Below are positions 52,672 through 64,000 of a DNA stretch of 64,000 bases, piece after piece (positions within the stretch are counted from its first letter, which is position 1; each line of letters starts with the position of its first letter). Origin of the DNA: Vermamoeba vermiformis. Lineage: Eukaryota. The notes under the pieces were generated by a model. That model was not told where the DNA came from. It saw nothing but the letters and a program-made list of their open reading frames with translations, and did no database searches. The stretch covers positions 310,001 through 374,000 of the forward strand of contig JBEWZL010000109.1 in NCBI GenBank assembly GCA_045837725.1. Reading direction: 5' to 3'. The translations under genes and the position numbers were made by a program.

Positions 52672-53777
52672 TTATTCATCGCCCTTTCGCTTGAACAGCT
52701 TCAAGTAATTCAATCCCAAGTTAAAATTTTCTGGAATTCCGACTTCGCCAGGCTGCACAAAGCTGTTTAACGGCACATCTTCAATTACGAAGCCTAACTC
52801 TTCCGCTCTTTTGAATAAAAATGCTTCAGTGTTCTTAGCACGCGTTTGGAACGACAAAATAAACATTGAATTTTTGTCTTTTTTAAGCAGCCTATCGATA
52901 GTAATCAATAGTGGCTCAATGCTGTCACTCCAAAACCTATTCAAAAACGGATCGTCAAAGAAAACACTTGCACTGCTTAAAGTAGCAGCTTCTAATGACA
53001 ATAGAGTGCCATAATATAGTTGATATATATTGAATAAAGGATACACTATGTCAGCTCCAATAATGTAGTCAAATGAATGATCTTTAAATTGCGACATTTG
53101 TTCTTCGTTACCCCACGCTAGCTGCTTGCACAAACATTCATTGCCTATCATTATAATAGTAACGTTATTAAATAATGTGCTATAGTGACTTCATGCAAAT
53201 AGTGCGTGCCTGTTTGATTTTGTTCGACGTTTTTTTCGAGCAGTTCGAGCACGATTTTGTTGAAGTCAGTCAACGTTGTGCTCTTAGCATAATGGCTCAT
53301 TAATAGACCAGGCAGACCAGTCCCCGAGCCCAACTAGAATATGTTATTAGAAATAGTGTTTGGTTAGCTAGATAACGAGCTTATGTACCTCTAACAGGAC
53401 CTTGTCCTTGAATAGCCGTGCATTTTTTTGAATGTATTGACACAAGACTTTAGCGGCGATCCAAACAACCTATAGATTTATATTAATACAGTACGTTAAT
53501 ATAACGCGATCGTGCTTACTTGGCCTGTCAAGTCAAAATCGGCTGCGATGATAAAAATTAATTTAAAATTGAATGAGATGATTATTTGGAGATCTACTTA
53601 CTGGTCGCTGAGTCCAATATATCTAGGTTAATTTTAATATTATTGTCGAAATTAAATTCTTTCGTGACATAACTAAACAGATCGCGATCAAAACTTGTTC
53701 GACCAATACAAACGTATATTAATCTCGTCTTACTTTGTATTTAAGAAAAATGCCTCGAGTGTATTATCGTCATCCAT
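52672..53777 (-). CDS. METTL21/family-16 protein lysine methyltransferase
   Basis: TDFDLTGQVVWIAA, VLLELGSGTGLPG, TLTDFN, LAWG, FDYIIGADIVF. Confidence 0.9.
52937..53044 (-). other. U12-type (minor) GT-AG intron
   Basis: 5' site GTATCCTTT; TTCTTTGAC branch-like element near the AG. Removal restores GADIVFWSD. Confidence 0.75.
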
Positions 53778-53924
53778 CTTTTATATGAGTTGTGTGATCC
53801 TGATCGGCCGCGCATAAAATTAATAAAATTTTCGCGCCTTTTTGATTTGATTGATCTTTTTGTCCTCCGCACAGTTTTTAACTCAATTTTGACTGTACAG
53901 CACCTGTTTATATTGTAAATAACT

Positions 53925-55211
53925 ATGGCCCAAGTTAGCGCACGCGTACCATTAGGCAACAAAACAAATCAGCTGAAAGGCCAAGTGCTGGCTTCGAAGC
54001 AAGAAGTTACAGAAAGCTCCTGTTAAGGTACGCGGTCTAATAATTATTTCGTTTATAATTTTTTTATTAAACGAGTGTGCTTTGATTGCTAAGCTCTCAA
54101 CAAGATCGCGGTTTAATTTTTTTTCATTCTTGCCACTAATAATCTGGGCAAGTTTGCTCTTATAACTGACTGGCCGTAACATAAACTTATATAATATTAA
54201 ATTATTTGTATCAGGATTTGCAAACTACAACTAAAAAACGACCGCTCGAATCTGACAAAGAAAACGAGAACGTTCAACCTGTGACTAAGAAGCAAAAGGT
54301 TATTGGCGAAACAGTAGCTGCTATTCTTAAAGCTCCTCCTACTAAGAAGAAGCCAACTATCGCAGATCGTAAGTCTCAAAACCTGGCCAGATGTTTTCAA
54401 ATTCATTTAAACTGCGCCTTATCGACTCTATTTGGTTCTAAATATATTATTATAGCCGAGGGCCTTATTAAACACTTGCAAGAAGTTGCTACTAAGAGCC
54501 AAGAAGAGATCTCGAACATTAAACAAAAGAGCAACAAAGATTCAGAGCTTTCAGAACTGCATGCTCAGCTCGCTTCTCTTCGAAATCAACTTACTATTGC
54601 CCGACGAAACAATCAAGTACGTCAATAAGCATATATAACTCATATAACCCGAGATCTTTTGCCTTCAATAATAATAGTACTAATTTTCTGGATTGGTCGC
54701 GACGCCTCGTGTATTAAATATACGTATATATTAAATAGCACCTTAACACCACTTTTGTCGCACCGTTAAGCGTCTTTTTGATGTTTACAATTCACACGTA
54801 CTGGCGAAGTACATCCGTTGAAATTACATGCGCAATTAAGTTCTTAAATATACATTTAATGCGAACTAATGTAATACTTGTAGGAGGGCATCGACTATAA
54901 GGCTAAGTACGAAGCTAAGAAAGCTCAGTGCAGACAATTGAAGAATAACTTGGAAGAACTGAGCATACTTTACGACGTAAGTGTGCCATTCAATCGTCTA
55001 ATACGTGTACTTATATCGGGATTATATATAGACTGCTATGTCGGACTTGAACGCACTTCAAAAGCAAGATCAGAAAGAGATCCAAAAGGATCAGATCAAG
55101 AAGAGCATTCTGGCGCAACTTAAACTCGACAAACTCCGCGACGAGGGCTCTATTGTTGACGAAGAAGATGAGTATGACTCGCAAGATGATGAACTAGTTT
55201 TTCAGAATTAG
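53925..55211 (+). CDS. Coiled-coil protein with D-box and KEN box (+1 break near 54000 or alternative donor)
   Basis: RVPLGNKTN, DKENEN, basic clusters, coiled-coil exons and an acidic C-terminus. Confidence 0.65.
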
Positions 55212-55510
55212 TTGCGGATCGCCATTTGTTCGCGATTCTATTTTTGTTCAGAAATTGCGTAGCAGTAATATGTGTACGTAAGTTCGTTGTAATATATTAA
55301 ATCAAGAAATATTTTAGATTTCAAAACTTTGTGTAGTAGTGTACTGTGTATTGTGGGAATTGTTTTTTGTTCCCAAGCGGGTTAATTCGGGTGTCCCCCG
55401 TGTAACCATTTAAAAATTCACTGACGATTCGTCAATATCTTGGTGACACAAAACGAAAGCAAAAGGATTGACAGCACTTTCGTTGATTACATTGTATTTG
55501 GATCGCTACA

Positions 55511-56627
55511 ATGCCCTCAACACCAATTAATGGCATCAGCAAAAAGTATCGCCTAGTATTTGTGTTAATTCTACTCTTCGTAGTAATTGGTAAGTGAATT
55601 AGAATTGCACGGTAAATGTATGAATACAAGTTTCAGTTTCTTGTTTAAAAAAGAACACAAAATATTGGATCTCTTGTCGATGGTATGAAATTATTTATTG
55701 AATGATTTGAAGATTTAATTCATTAAATGATGTTAGAATAATCTCAGATCTTCAAATCTGAAAACTAACGCAAGATGCCACCGATCGCATTTTCTAACAT
55801 ATACTAACTGTTATTCCTCACAGCGGGCTATCAACTTCTTAAGAATAGTGATTTTTCTAGTGAGGTCTCCACTAGAAATGTTCAAAGAAATTGCGTGGTG
55901 TCACTGATGACGGATCCAGCGTTCACTCGCTACGCTGAAGTCCTGGGCTATTCAATGATGAAACAAAATACCGCAGCGAAGAAAATTATGATGGTATTAA
56001 GAGATAAACACACCGAGACGCTTCAGGACTACTCTTGAAAAAGTGGGATGGACGACGATCCCTGTAGATCCGATCAAGCAGCCAGGCGAACAGGCCAAGA
56101 CAGAGAGATATCGACTTCTCTATACAAAGTTGCGAATATGGACGCTGACGAATGAATGTGACAGAGCAGTGTATTTGGATCTGGATACGTTAGTTCTCAA
56201 AAACTTCGAGGAATTATTTGAAATCCTGCCAGACACCGTAAAATATGCAGCGACACCCGATAATTGGTTTGGCACGTACACCTTTGGAATTAATGCCGGA
56301 GTTTTCGTTTGTAAGCCGGATCAAGCAGAATTTGACCGCCTGATGACTGCTACGCAAAACACGAGTCATTTAGACAAAGACTCCGTTGAACAAAGCTTTC
56401 TCAGCTGGTACTACGGTTTAACAATGATTAGACTGCCATTCATATACAACGCCAACGTTGCTATTGAAATTTACAACAAAGACGACTGGATCAGCTTAAA
56501 AGACGACATCAAGATAATTCATTTCACTATATACAAGCCCATTGGCAAGGGAAGAACCGAATCCGAGCCTAATTTGATGTGGGACAAAGCCGAAAAAGAA
56601 TTCCTAGAATGGAGCAAGAACAATTAA
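55511..56627 (+). CDS. Glycosyltransferase family 8 (glycogenin-like), type II membrane protein (+1 break near 56024)
   Basis: N-terminal TM; YTKLRIW, AVYLDLDTLV, INAGVFVCKP, EQSFLS, LPFIYN, IIHF..KP. Confidence 0.88.
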
Positions 56628-56883
56628 GTCCTAAAAAATACAAAACAATGAGCGTTAAGTCTGTTCAATGTATAATAAAATGAAGCAAGACATGCACACT
56701 ATATTACTTCATCGAAGCTTTCGCGAAGTTGGTTCGCACTTATGCAACGAAGGTTAGTTTCTTGCTTTCATTTAGGAAACAAGAAGCTCGGTACCAGCTT
56801 TGTCGGCGAATTCTTGCACGCTTAGAAATTTCACTCTCGTAACTTGCACAACAAGTATTTATTAATACTTACACGTTTACGTT

Positions 56884-58921
56884 CTAACTGATTGCACAAC
56901 CTTCTTTTTGATTCGTACAAGTAGCTGCATGAAATTCGTATCGTGAACTGAGAACGTTTTTTTGACACGAGACACACTGGCGATACAATTGCGAAGAGCG
57001 ACGCTGTCGAATTTCAAGACGATGATGTAATCGGCTAATGAGGTAATAATAACGATTGATCTTCATGTAACATGTCGTCTCTGTTCTCCCCAGCACGTCG
57101 CTCAGGACAATCGTTTGCTTGGTGATCTGCCAAGTAAAACGCTGCAATGTACGTACGACAAAATTGACATTCTAACTTTCGCATTGGGCACAAATCTAAT
57201 CTGTGACTGACGTAGCTCCTTTCGGTGATCAGAACTTGACAGTCTGGGCACTCAAACGGTACTTCAGGAACACAATTTTTCTCGTGCTCTGTCAGCACAC
57301 TCGCCATGAATGACTTTTGACAAATATTGCAAGGTACTTTTCGTTGCAGGCATTGAGTTGACATATGCTGATTGTGCATGTCCGCAGTGACGAGATTTTT
57401 GCAATAAGGGCACGGCATTAGTCTCTTTGGGCACTGACCTAACGCGTGATTGACGGATACAAGTGCTTTGCATATTTTGCACACACTTCTCTTGGGACAC
57501 CATGAAGACTTGTGAACGTCGAGAGCGCTGAACGAGATTAATGCCGCGCACCACTCACATTGGATTGTTCGCTTGGGACATGACTGCAAGTGTTGCGGCA
57601 CATCTTTGCTCAACACTTCTTCCTTGCAACCATATTTGCATAGCGTTAGTTTGAACGGACATTCCGTTTCGTGAGTTTTGTCGTCCGGTTTAATTTTCTC
57701 GTTGCAGCCTAGGTTTGGACAAGACTTTGTTCTGAACTGGCATGACTTCGTATGCTCTGTCAATAGTCTTCTTTGTACTTGGACTGAACAGTGTTCATAC
57801 GTGCAACTGAGCGGTTCAAACGGACAACTATTGACATGACTTGTATGATACTCTTTGAATGTCATATCGGGTGCATTGCATCCACGAGCACATGGGACTA
57901 GTCTGTGAATGAAATATTAAGCTTTCGTGTTTAGTCATTGAAATTTAACGTACCTTAAATCACATTGCTGTGCCTCGTGGTAGTCGAGGTCTTTCCGAGC
58001 GAATTTAGTTCCACAATAGCGACAAGGTGACGTATTCATGGTACAAAAGTGGGCTAGATGGTTTTCTAGAGATTTTCGCGGTATTCGTTGTTGACACTTT
58101 TGACACCCGACCAGAGAACCATTCCGTCGGAATTCACATTTGATTTTGTGTTGTTCGATCTCACTGACTGTCGACCAAGCACCGCAGCCATCATAATCGC
58201 ACTGAATAGGCTTCTTAGCTATCAATCTTCTGATTGGCTCGTTGGCTGTCCACCTGACGATCTTTCTGCAGTTCGGACATTTACGGCCATTGTGTTCAAT
58301 GCACTGTTGACAAAAGATATTCTTACAGCAATCGCCTTCTACTGCTTCTTTAATTATCTCAAAGCAGATTGCGCAATTAAGTTCTTCTAATGTCAGTCGT
58401 CCAAATCTGGATTCGTCGTTTTGATCTACTCGTTGCACTTCCTTTGGTGCTGGGTTAACAAGATTCTGATTCGAAGAGTTGTGATCTATCACATAGTCAT
58501 TATTATTCAGGGTATTAACGTTGTTGAGCGAATTTGTTTTCAATTCTTTGAGATCGGCACTATTTAATTGCGCACAAAGGACTCTCAGTAGAAATTCTGA
58601 TGGCCTAACCCAATCGCCAGATTGTTTTGTTAAGATAATGCATATTGGTTTGAATTCAGGCTCTTGTACAAGAGCAGGAAGTTTACCTGTTAAAAAAACA
58701 AAAGAATTAAATTCAATTATTTAATTATTTTGTTGGTTGTAATTACCATTAAATGTAGATTGTACGCCATAAAATTGTTTATAGTAGTACGGAAGACTTT
58801 CCAGTCGTACTTCCTCTAATCCGTCAACTAGAAAACACTTCACTATCACCCGCCAATATCTGTCAGTTTCGGCGGTAGTGTTCGAGCGTACTAGCTTAGC
58901 AATGAACTCTAAATATTCCAT
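56884..58921 (-). CDS. LOTUS-like + RING + TRAF-type zinc fingers + CaaX protein, copy 1
   Basis: N-terminal winged-helix-like exon, LNCAICFEII..CCKNIFCQQC..CPNCR, repeated CxxC..H...CP units, ends CAIS*. Needs one +1 shift near 57040. Confidence 0.8.
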
Positions 58922-58999
58922 TTCCTTTGTTATGTTAACACAGACTCTTTCGTATAAAAGAATCAAACGGTGGAACAAAAATGACTTTTTGCTTTTAAG

Positions 59000-61598
59000 T
59001 TAACTTATAATACAGCCACTATTACATTGGTGCGATTCTAACGCCTTTAAAGTCATGACGTTCGAGCACTTTTCACACGTCACTAGTCGTTTCGGACATT
59101 GTTCCTCGTGTGCATCTAAATCACGAGCGTAAACTGACTTGGGGCAATGAGAGCACGTGACTATTCGAAAGCCACAATCATAGAGCTGATGTACTCCAAG
59201 AACTCGTGCAGAATATCGTTGTCCGCATTTACACGCTACGCGACGTTCCGTACATTTGTGCGATTTGTGGTGCGGCAGCTCACTAGCCGTTAGAACATCG
59301 TCGCAATCGCCACATCGCACGTATCTATATGCACAAGCGTGCGAGAGATGTGCCGACAATGTGCGTGCATAGAGGTACCCATCACACTTGGGACACTTTA
59401 CGATGCGTTCGGAACATTGGCGTGACTGGTGGTCTGATAGGGAGCAATGAGCCACTGTTTCCTTGCATTTGCTGCACTTGATTGGTCGGTGGCTGCAAGT
59501 CTCGGATTGATGTGCTGGCAACAGACGAGCCAGGACTTGCACATGGCACTTGGAACACTTCACGATTCGTTCGGGGCATTTGTTTGAGTGGGAGGCTAAT
59601 AGATATTGGGCCAGGACTTCGTTGCATCGGTTACACTGCACTGGGCGGTACTTGCATCTTTCTTCCAGATGAGATTCTAATGAACTGACCGAGCACTGAA
59701 CGTTGCACTTGGGACACCGTACATTTCGTTCCGGACAGTCTTCTTCGTCGTGTTCGTCCATGTCCTCTGCAAAGATATCTTGGTGACACATCTCGCACTC
59801 GATTACCCGCCTGGGACATCGACTAGACATGTGGCGATACAAATTGCAAGCGTCGACTTTGATTCCACACTTTGAACATTTGACTCTTCGCTTAGGACAG
59901 CGGGAGGATAGATGCTGTTCGATCAGCGCATAAGCCATCGTTTGGTCACAAAGATCACATTCAACCGTTCGTGACGGACACTCTTCCATGTGATCCTCCA
60001 GATCTATCTTTTTGAACTCGTTGTCGCAGTAAGGGCAGTCCTCGGGCATATGGCCGGCAATGATGACTTTTAATCTTGTATTTGAGAAGTTCTGTGCCAC
60101 AGCCATAGGAGCATTCGACGAGCATGTAACGACAGACTGCGACGTGTTTGTGCCACGCAGATTTCTGTGTCAGTTTGTACTCGACTTCGCAGCCTCGTGC
60201 TCTGTGCTGACACTGTAATGCTGAGTGCTGGCACTCTTGAAGATGATCGGCCATTCGTCTCCGTTGTACGCGTACTGAACATTTTTGATTCGTACATTTG
60301 ATGGGCTGATGTGAGCACCTATTGAAGTGGCTGTCAATGTACTCCTTGTAAGTCATATGTTCGCCGCATCCATGCACACAAGCAACACGTCTGAGTAGAG
60401 TAGCTGTTAGCACCGCTGAGTTTTAGGTCCTTCAACTTACCTGAATTCACAGTCCTGTTCCTCGTGTTTGGCAAGGTCTTTTCTCATAATCCTGCAGTTG
60501 CAGCTTGAACACGGTACGAGGACCATTTCACATATGTCTGATAGGTGCTCATCGACATCTCGTCGCACAATCATCGAGCCGACAAGCACGGCATGGTACC
60601 TCGTTCATTTCACAGGTGTTGGATAAGTGCTCGTCCATCAATCTGTGCATGATTCGTTGTTGACACTTTTGACAGCTGACGAGCAAGTTCTCGGGATTGA
60701 ATTCGCAATTGACTTTGTGCTGTTCAATCTCACTGACTGTTGACCATACTATGCACTCTTCGTATTCACATTGAACGGGTATTTTGCCAACTAAACGTCT
60801 GATTGGCTCGTTGGCAGTCCATTCAACGATCTTTCGGCAGTTCGGACATTTTCGGCCATTTTGTTCGATGCATGGCAAACAAAAGATGTTCTTGCAGCAA
60901 TTGCCTTCTACCGCTTCTTTCAGTAAGTCGAAACAGATGCCGCAATTGAGTTCTTCCAAAGTCAGTCGTCCTATCCTGGCTTCATAATTTTGATCAGAGT
61001 TCTCTGGGTTCTCTTTGTCTTTTTGTCCAATTTCCTCGAGAGCATCTCTTGCAAAGGGATTCGCTGAATTTATTATAGTCGAGGCATTATTGTTATTGAG
61101 AACATTTGAAAGAATTATTTCTTCCGAATCCGATGCTTTTTCTTTTTGTGCGAGTACTGCAAAAGGATTACTCAAATTGCTTTCAATATTGTTATTAAAG
61201 CTGTTGCTTGTAATGTTCTGATGAAGACTTGCCAGCGGCGCTCTTAAAACTTGCTTCAAAAATTCTGTGGGGTAAACCCAGATCACTGTATATACTTTTT
61301 TCGTGCGGCATATTGCTTTAAATTCGGGTTCTTGGAGAAGAGCGGAAAGTTTGCCTGGATTCGATTGAAAGCAATCATGAGTTATTTAATTTTTAATATT
61401 AGTTTATAATATCGGAATATTACCGTCATAGTTTGGAGGCATTCCATAACATTGCGTGAAATAGTTGGGCAAAGTTCCAAGCTGGATTTGTTCCGATCTG
61501 TCAACAAGAAAACAATTGACGATTGTCCGCCAATATCTCTCTTTATCGGTTTTAACATGAGGGTTGACTATCCTTGTAATAAATTCTAAAAGCTCCAT
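59000..61598 (-). CDS. LOTUS-like + RING + TRAF-type zinc fingers + CaaX protein, copy 2
   Basis: Same exon layout as copy 1; ends CIIS*. +1 breaks at about 60581 and 60056. Confidence 0.8.
60588..60891. repeat. Near-identical direct duplicate of about 63690-64000
   Basis: Long exact shared runs such as GATTCGTTGTTGACACTTTTGACAGCTGACGAGCAAGTTCTCGGGATTGAA and ATCTTTCGGCAGTTCGGACATTTTCGGCCATTTTGTTCGATGCATGGCAAACAAAAGATGTTCTT. Confidence 0.9.
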
Positions 61599-61705
61599 CA
61601 CCTCCAACTGATGAACAGATCTGCGTTGTTACATGTCGAAAAAGATTAAAATAAAAGAAATAGGAGAATTCAGGCAACATTTACTTTTAGTGAAAACAGC
61701 GACAT

Positions 61706-64000
61706 TTACTGCACTGCACAGTTAGTATTATTGTTTTTCGAACACTCCACTACGTGTGCGTCGTATTCCGAGTAACTGTTATAAGCCTCGTTACAATACG
61801 GACACAAACGGATGCAGTGATGTGAAGCCATCTTTTTGTACGACATTTGCTCCCCGCACTCCTTGCATTCAATGGTACGTTCGGGACAAGTATCCAAGTC
61901 GTGCCATGATTTAAAACTCGCCAAGACCAACTCGTGACACTTGTAACACGTCACACGCCGCTGAATGCAAGCGCTGCTCTTATGACTAGCCATCATCGAG
62001 GCAAACATCTTCTCATTGCAATCGTTGCATTCGATGAGCAGTCTCGGACACTGATTTCTGTGGCCGTTGTAATTGCGAGCAGTGAATGAGCCGTTGCAGT
62101 CAGGGCACGTCAAGAGCTGTTCGGGGCAGTTGCTCTCGTGCACCGCCAGAGAGGCTAGCTCCACATATCCGCGACACCATTTGCACGGCCACTTCCCGCA
62201 CTGAGTCAAATGTTTGTCCAAGTCACCGGCGACGAAGGAGTTTCTTACATTTCTTGCACGCCAACTGACGCTTCGGGCACAAACCTGACACGTGCCAGTA
62301 GTAATCACTGACAGAGACTTGCTGTTGGCACATCGAGCATGTCTTTCGTTGTTTCGGGCATTGAAACGTAACATGATGATTGTACAGGTAGGCACTGATT
62401 TGTACTTGACACTTCTCGCACGTAACTATTCTAGCCGTGCAGTGGTTTGCCAAGTGATCCTCGCACTCACTTGGTGTGATCAACTTGCGACACTTTTGAC
62501 ACGGAGTCTTGCGTCGAGGACAGTCTTGATTAGTGTGCTGCGAGAGCTCAGTGGTGACCAGTTGCTGACCGCACTGTTGACACGCGACCATTCTTCTGCG
62601 GCATTGGCTTGACACGTGTTGGTCGTAATTGCGGGCCGTAACATTTTCTTTGCATTGTGAGCACTCTAACATCCGTTTAGGACAGCGCTTCACGTGCTCT
62701 TGATAATCACTCGCGGCGTAGGATATTTTGCACGTGGCACATGGCAGTACACGTCTTGGACACTGAGTTGACAAGTGCTTGTTGTAGTCGTCGACAGGTA
62801 CTTGCTCTTTGCACTTCGGACACGGCACTTGGCGCTTTGAACAGTCTTTTGATCGGTGCTGATCACGATAGCTCGCAGTGAATCGTTCTTTGCAAAGGTC
62901 ACATGTCACGACTCGTCCTGGGCATTGAGTAGACATGTGTAGCTCGATGAAGTTGGCAGCGTACTGTCCCTGACACCCGTTACATGTTACTTGTCGTCTC
63001 GGGCATTGGCTTGACATGTGTTCGTCGAGCACATTGAATGCAACAGACCTGTGACATTGTTGACATGATACTCGTCGCATAGGACACTGTTGAAGGTGAA
63101 TTTTTTCCGTGTTTGGTTTAAATATCGTCCCACATTGATTGGGACAACTAATGCGTCTTTCTGGGCACTTCTCCAAGTGAACGTTTGCGTACATTTTCTT
63201 GAAAGCTCCGTGGCACTCGGGACATGTGAGTGGCATGTGATCGCATTGGTGCTCTTTGAGATCACGTCTGAGCATTCCTTGCTTACAACCGTAGTTGCAC
63301 GACACCAGCTTAAAGTCGCACTTGTCGAGGTGCTTTCTCAATGCATTCTTGTTTCCCTTCAAAATCATCACCGGACATCCTCGTGTGCTGTTGGGGCAAG
63401 GCACTTCGGAGTATGCGCAAGCTTGAACATGTTTTTGCAAGAACTGCCTTTGAACTTCAACAGTGCACTTGTCATTCGTGCATTTGGTTAACTGATACGG
63501 ACAGGTGCTTAAATGACGACTAATATACTCCTTGTAGGTCATTTGTCCCACGCATCCATTGTCGCATATTACACGTCTATTAAACCACCAAATTAGTAAA
63601 AAACCGGTCGGAGATTTCCGTTGGAATACCTCAATTCACACTGCTGGGTCTCGTGATTGGCGATGTCTTTTCTGACGAGCATGTAGCCACAAGCACGGCA
63701 TGGTACCTTGACCATTTCACAGATGTTGGACAGATGTTCTTCGATCAATCTGCGCATGATTCGTTGTTGACACTTTTGACAGCTGACGAGCAAGTTCTCG
63801 GGATTGAACTCGCACTTGACACGATGTTGTTCGATCTCACTGACCGTTGACCAAGCATTGCAATCTTTGAACTCGCATTGAACGGGCTTTTTTCTGATCA
63901 ATCGTCTGATTGGCTCGTTGGCAGTCCATTCAACAATCTTTCGGCAGTTCGGACATTTTCGGCCATTTTGTTCGATGCATGGCAAACAAAAGATGTTCTT
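61706..64000 (-). CDS. RING + TRAF-type zinc fingers + CaaX protein, copy 3 (5' part outside window)
   Basis: CIEQNGRKCPNCRKIVEWTANEPIRRL as in copy 2; longest zinc-finger run; ends CAVQ*. +1 break at about 62240. Confidence 0.8.

Noticed and set aside
55994-56026. 33-nt GT-AG intron as the fix for the GT8 break
   Set aside because: Its length is a multiple of three, so the TGA at 56036 stays in frame.
57035-63551. Mobile element or CRISPR-like periodicity in the Cys-rich region
   Set aside because: The periodicity is protein-level zinc-finger repetition; no transposase, terminal repeats or constant DNA repeat.
1-64000. Stop-codon reassignment / alternative genetic code
   Set aside because: TAA, TAG and TGA all end genes. 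ORF breaks are explained by introns or +1 shifts, not in-frame readthrough.

Overview
Gene-dense, intron-rich eukaryotic nuclear DNA using the standard code, with short AT-rich introns. The gene content suggests a free-living protist, possibly amoebozoan (inference). About 27 protein genes can be rebuilt by joining exons at GT-AG sites: a thioester/alpha-2-macroglobulin protein, RPB7, an SLC35F transporter, two divergent secreted paralogs, an MGME1-like PD-(D/E)XK nuclease, a RasGEF, a PI3K-gamma p101/p87-like regulatory subunit, an intronless PKD-domain surface protein, a Tam methyltransferase, a RING protein, a homeobox protein, XPG, HAUS6, a reticulon, a WD40 protein, an ATP-grasp-SET fusion, an ERGIC protein, NUDT5, a BTB-Kelch-kinase, a METTL21-like methyltransferase, a D-box/KEN protein, a GT8 enzyme, and a tandem array of three RING/TRAF-zinc-finger/CaaX genes. 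RNA genes are an intronic tRNA-Leu(UAA) and an SRP RNA that appears short and Alu-less. The main oddities are eight +1 frame breaks, each repairable by removing one coding-strand C; U12-type introns; an RGATCY motif in most introns; the p101-like gene; and the prenylated LOTUS-like-RING-TRAF array. Exon boundaries were read by eye and family calls rest on recognised motifs, not database searches.
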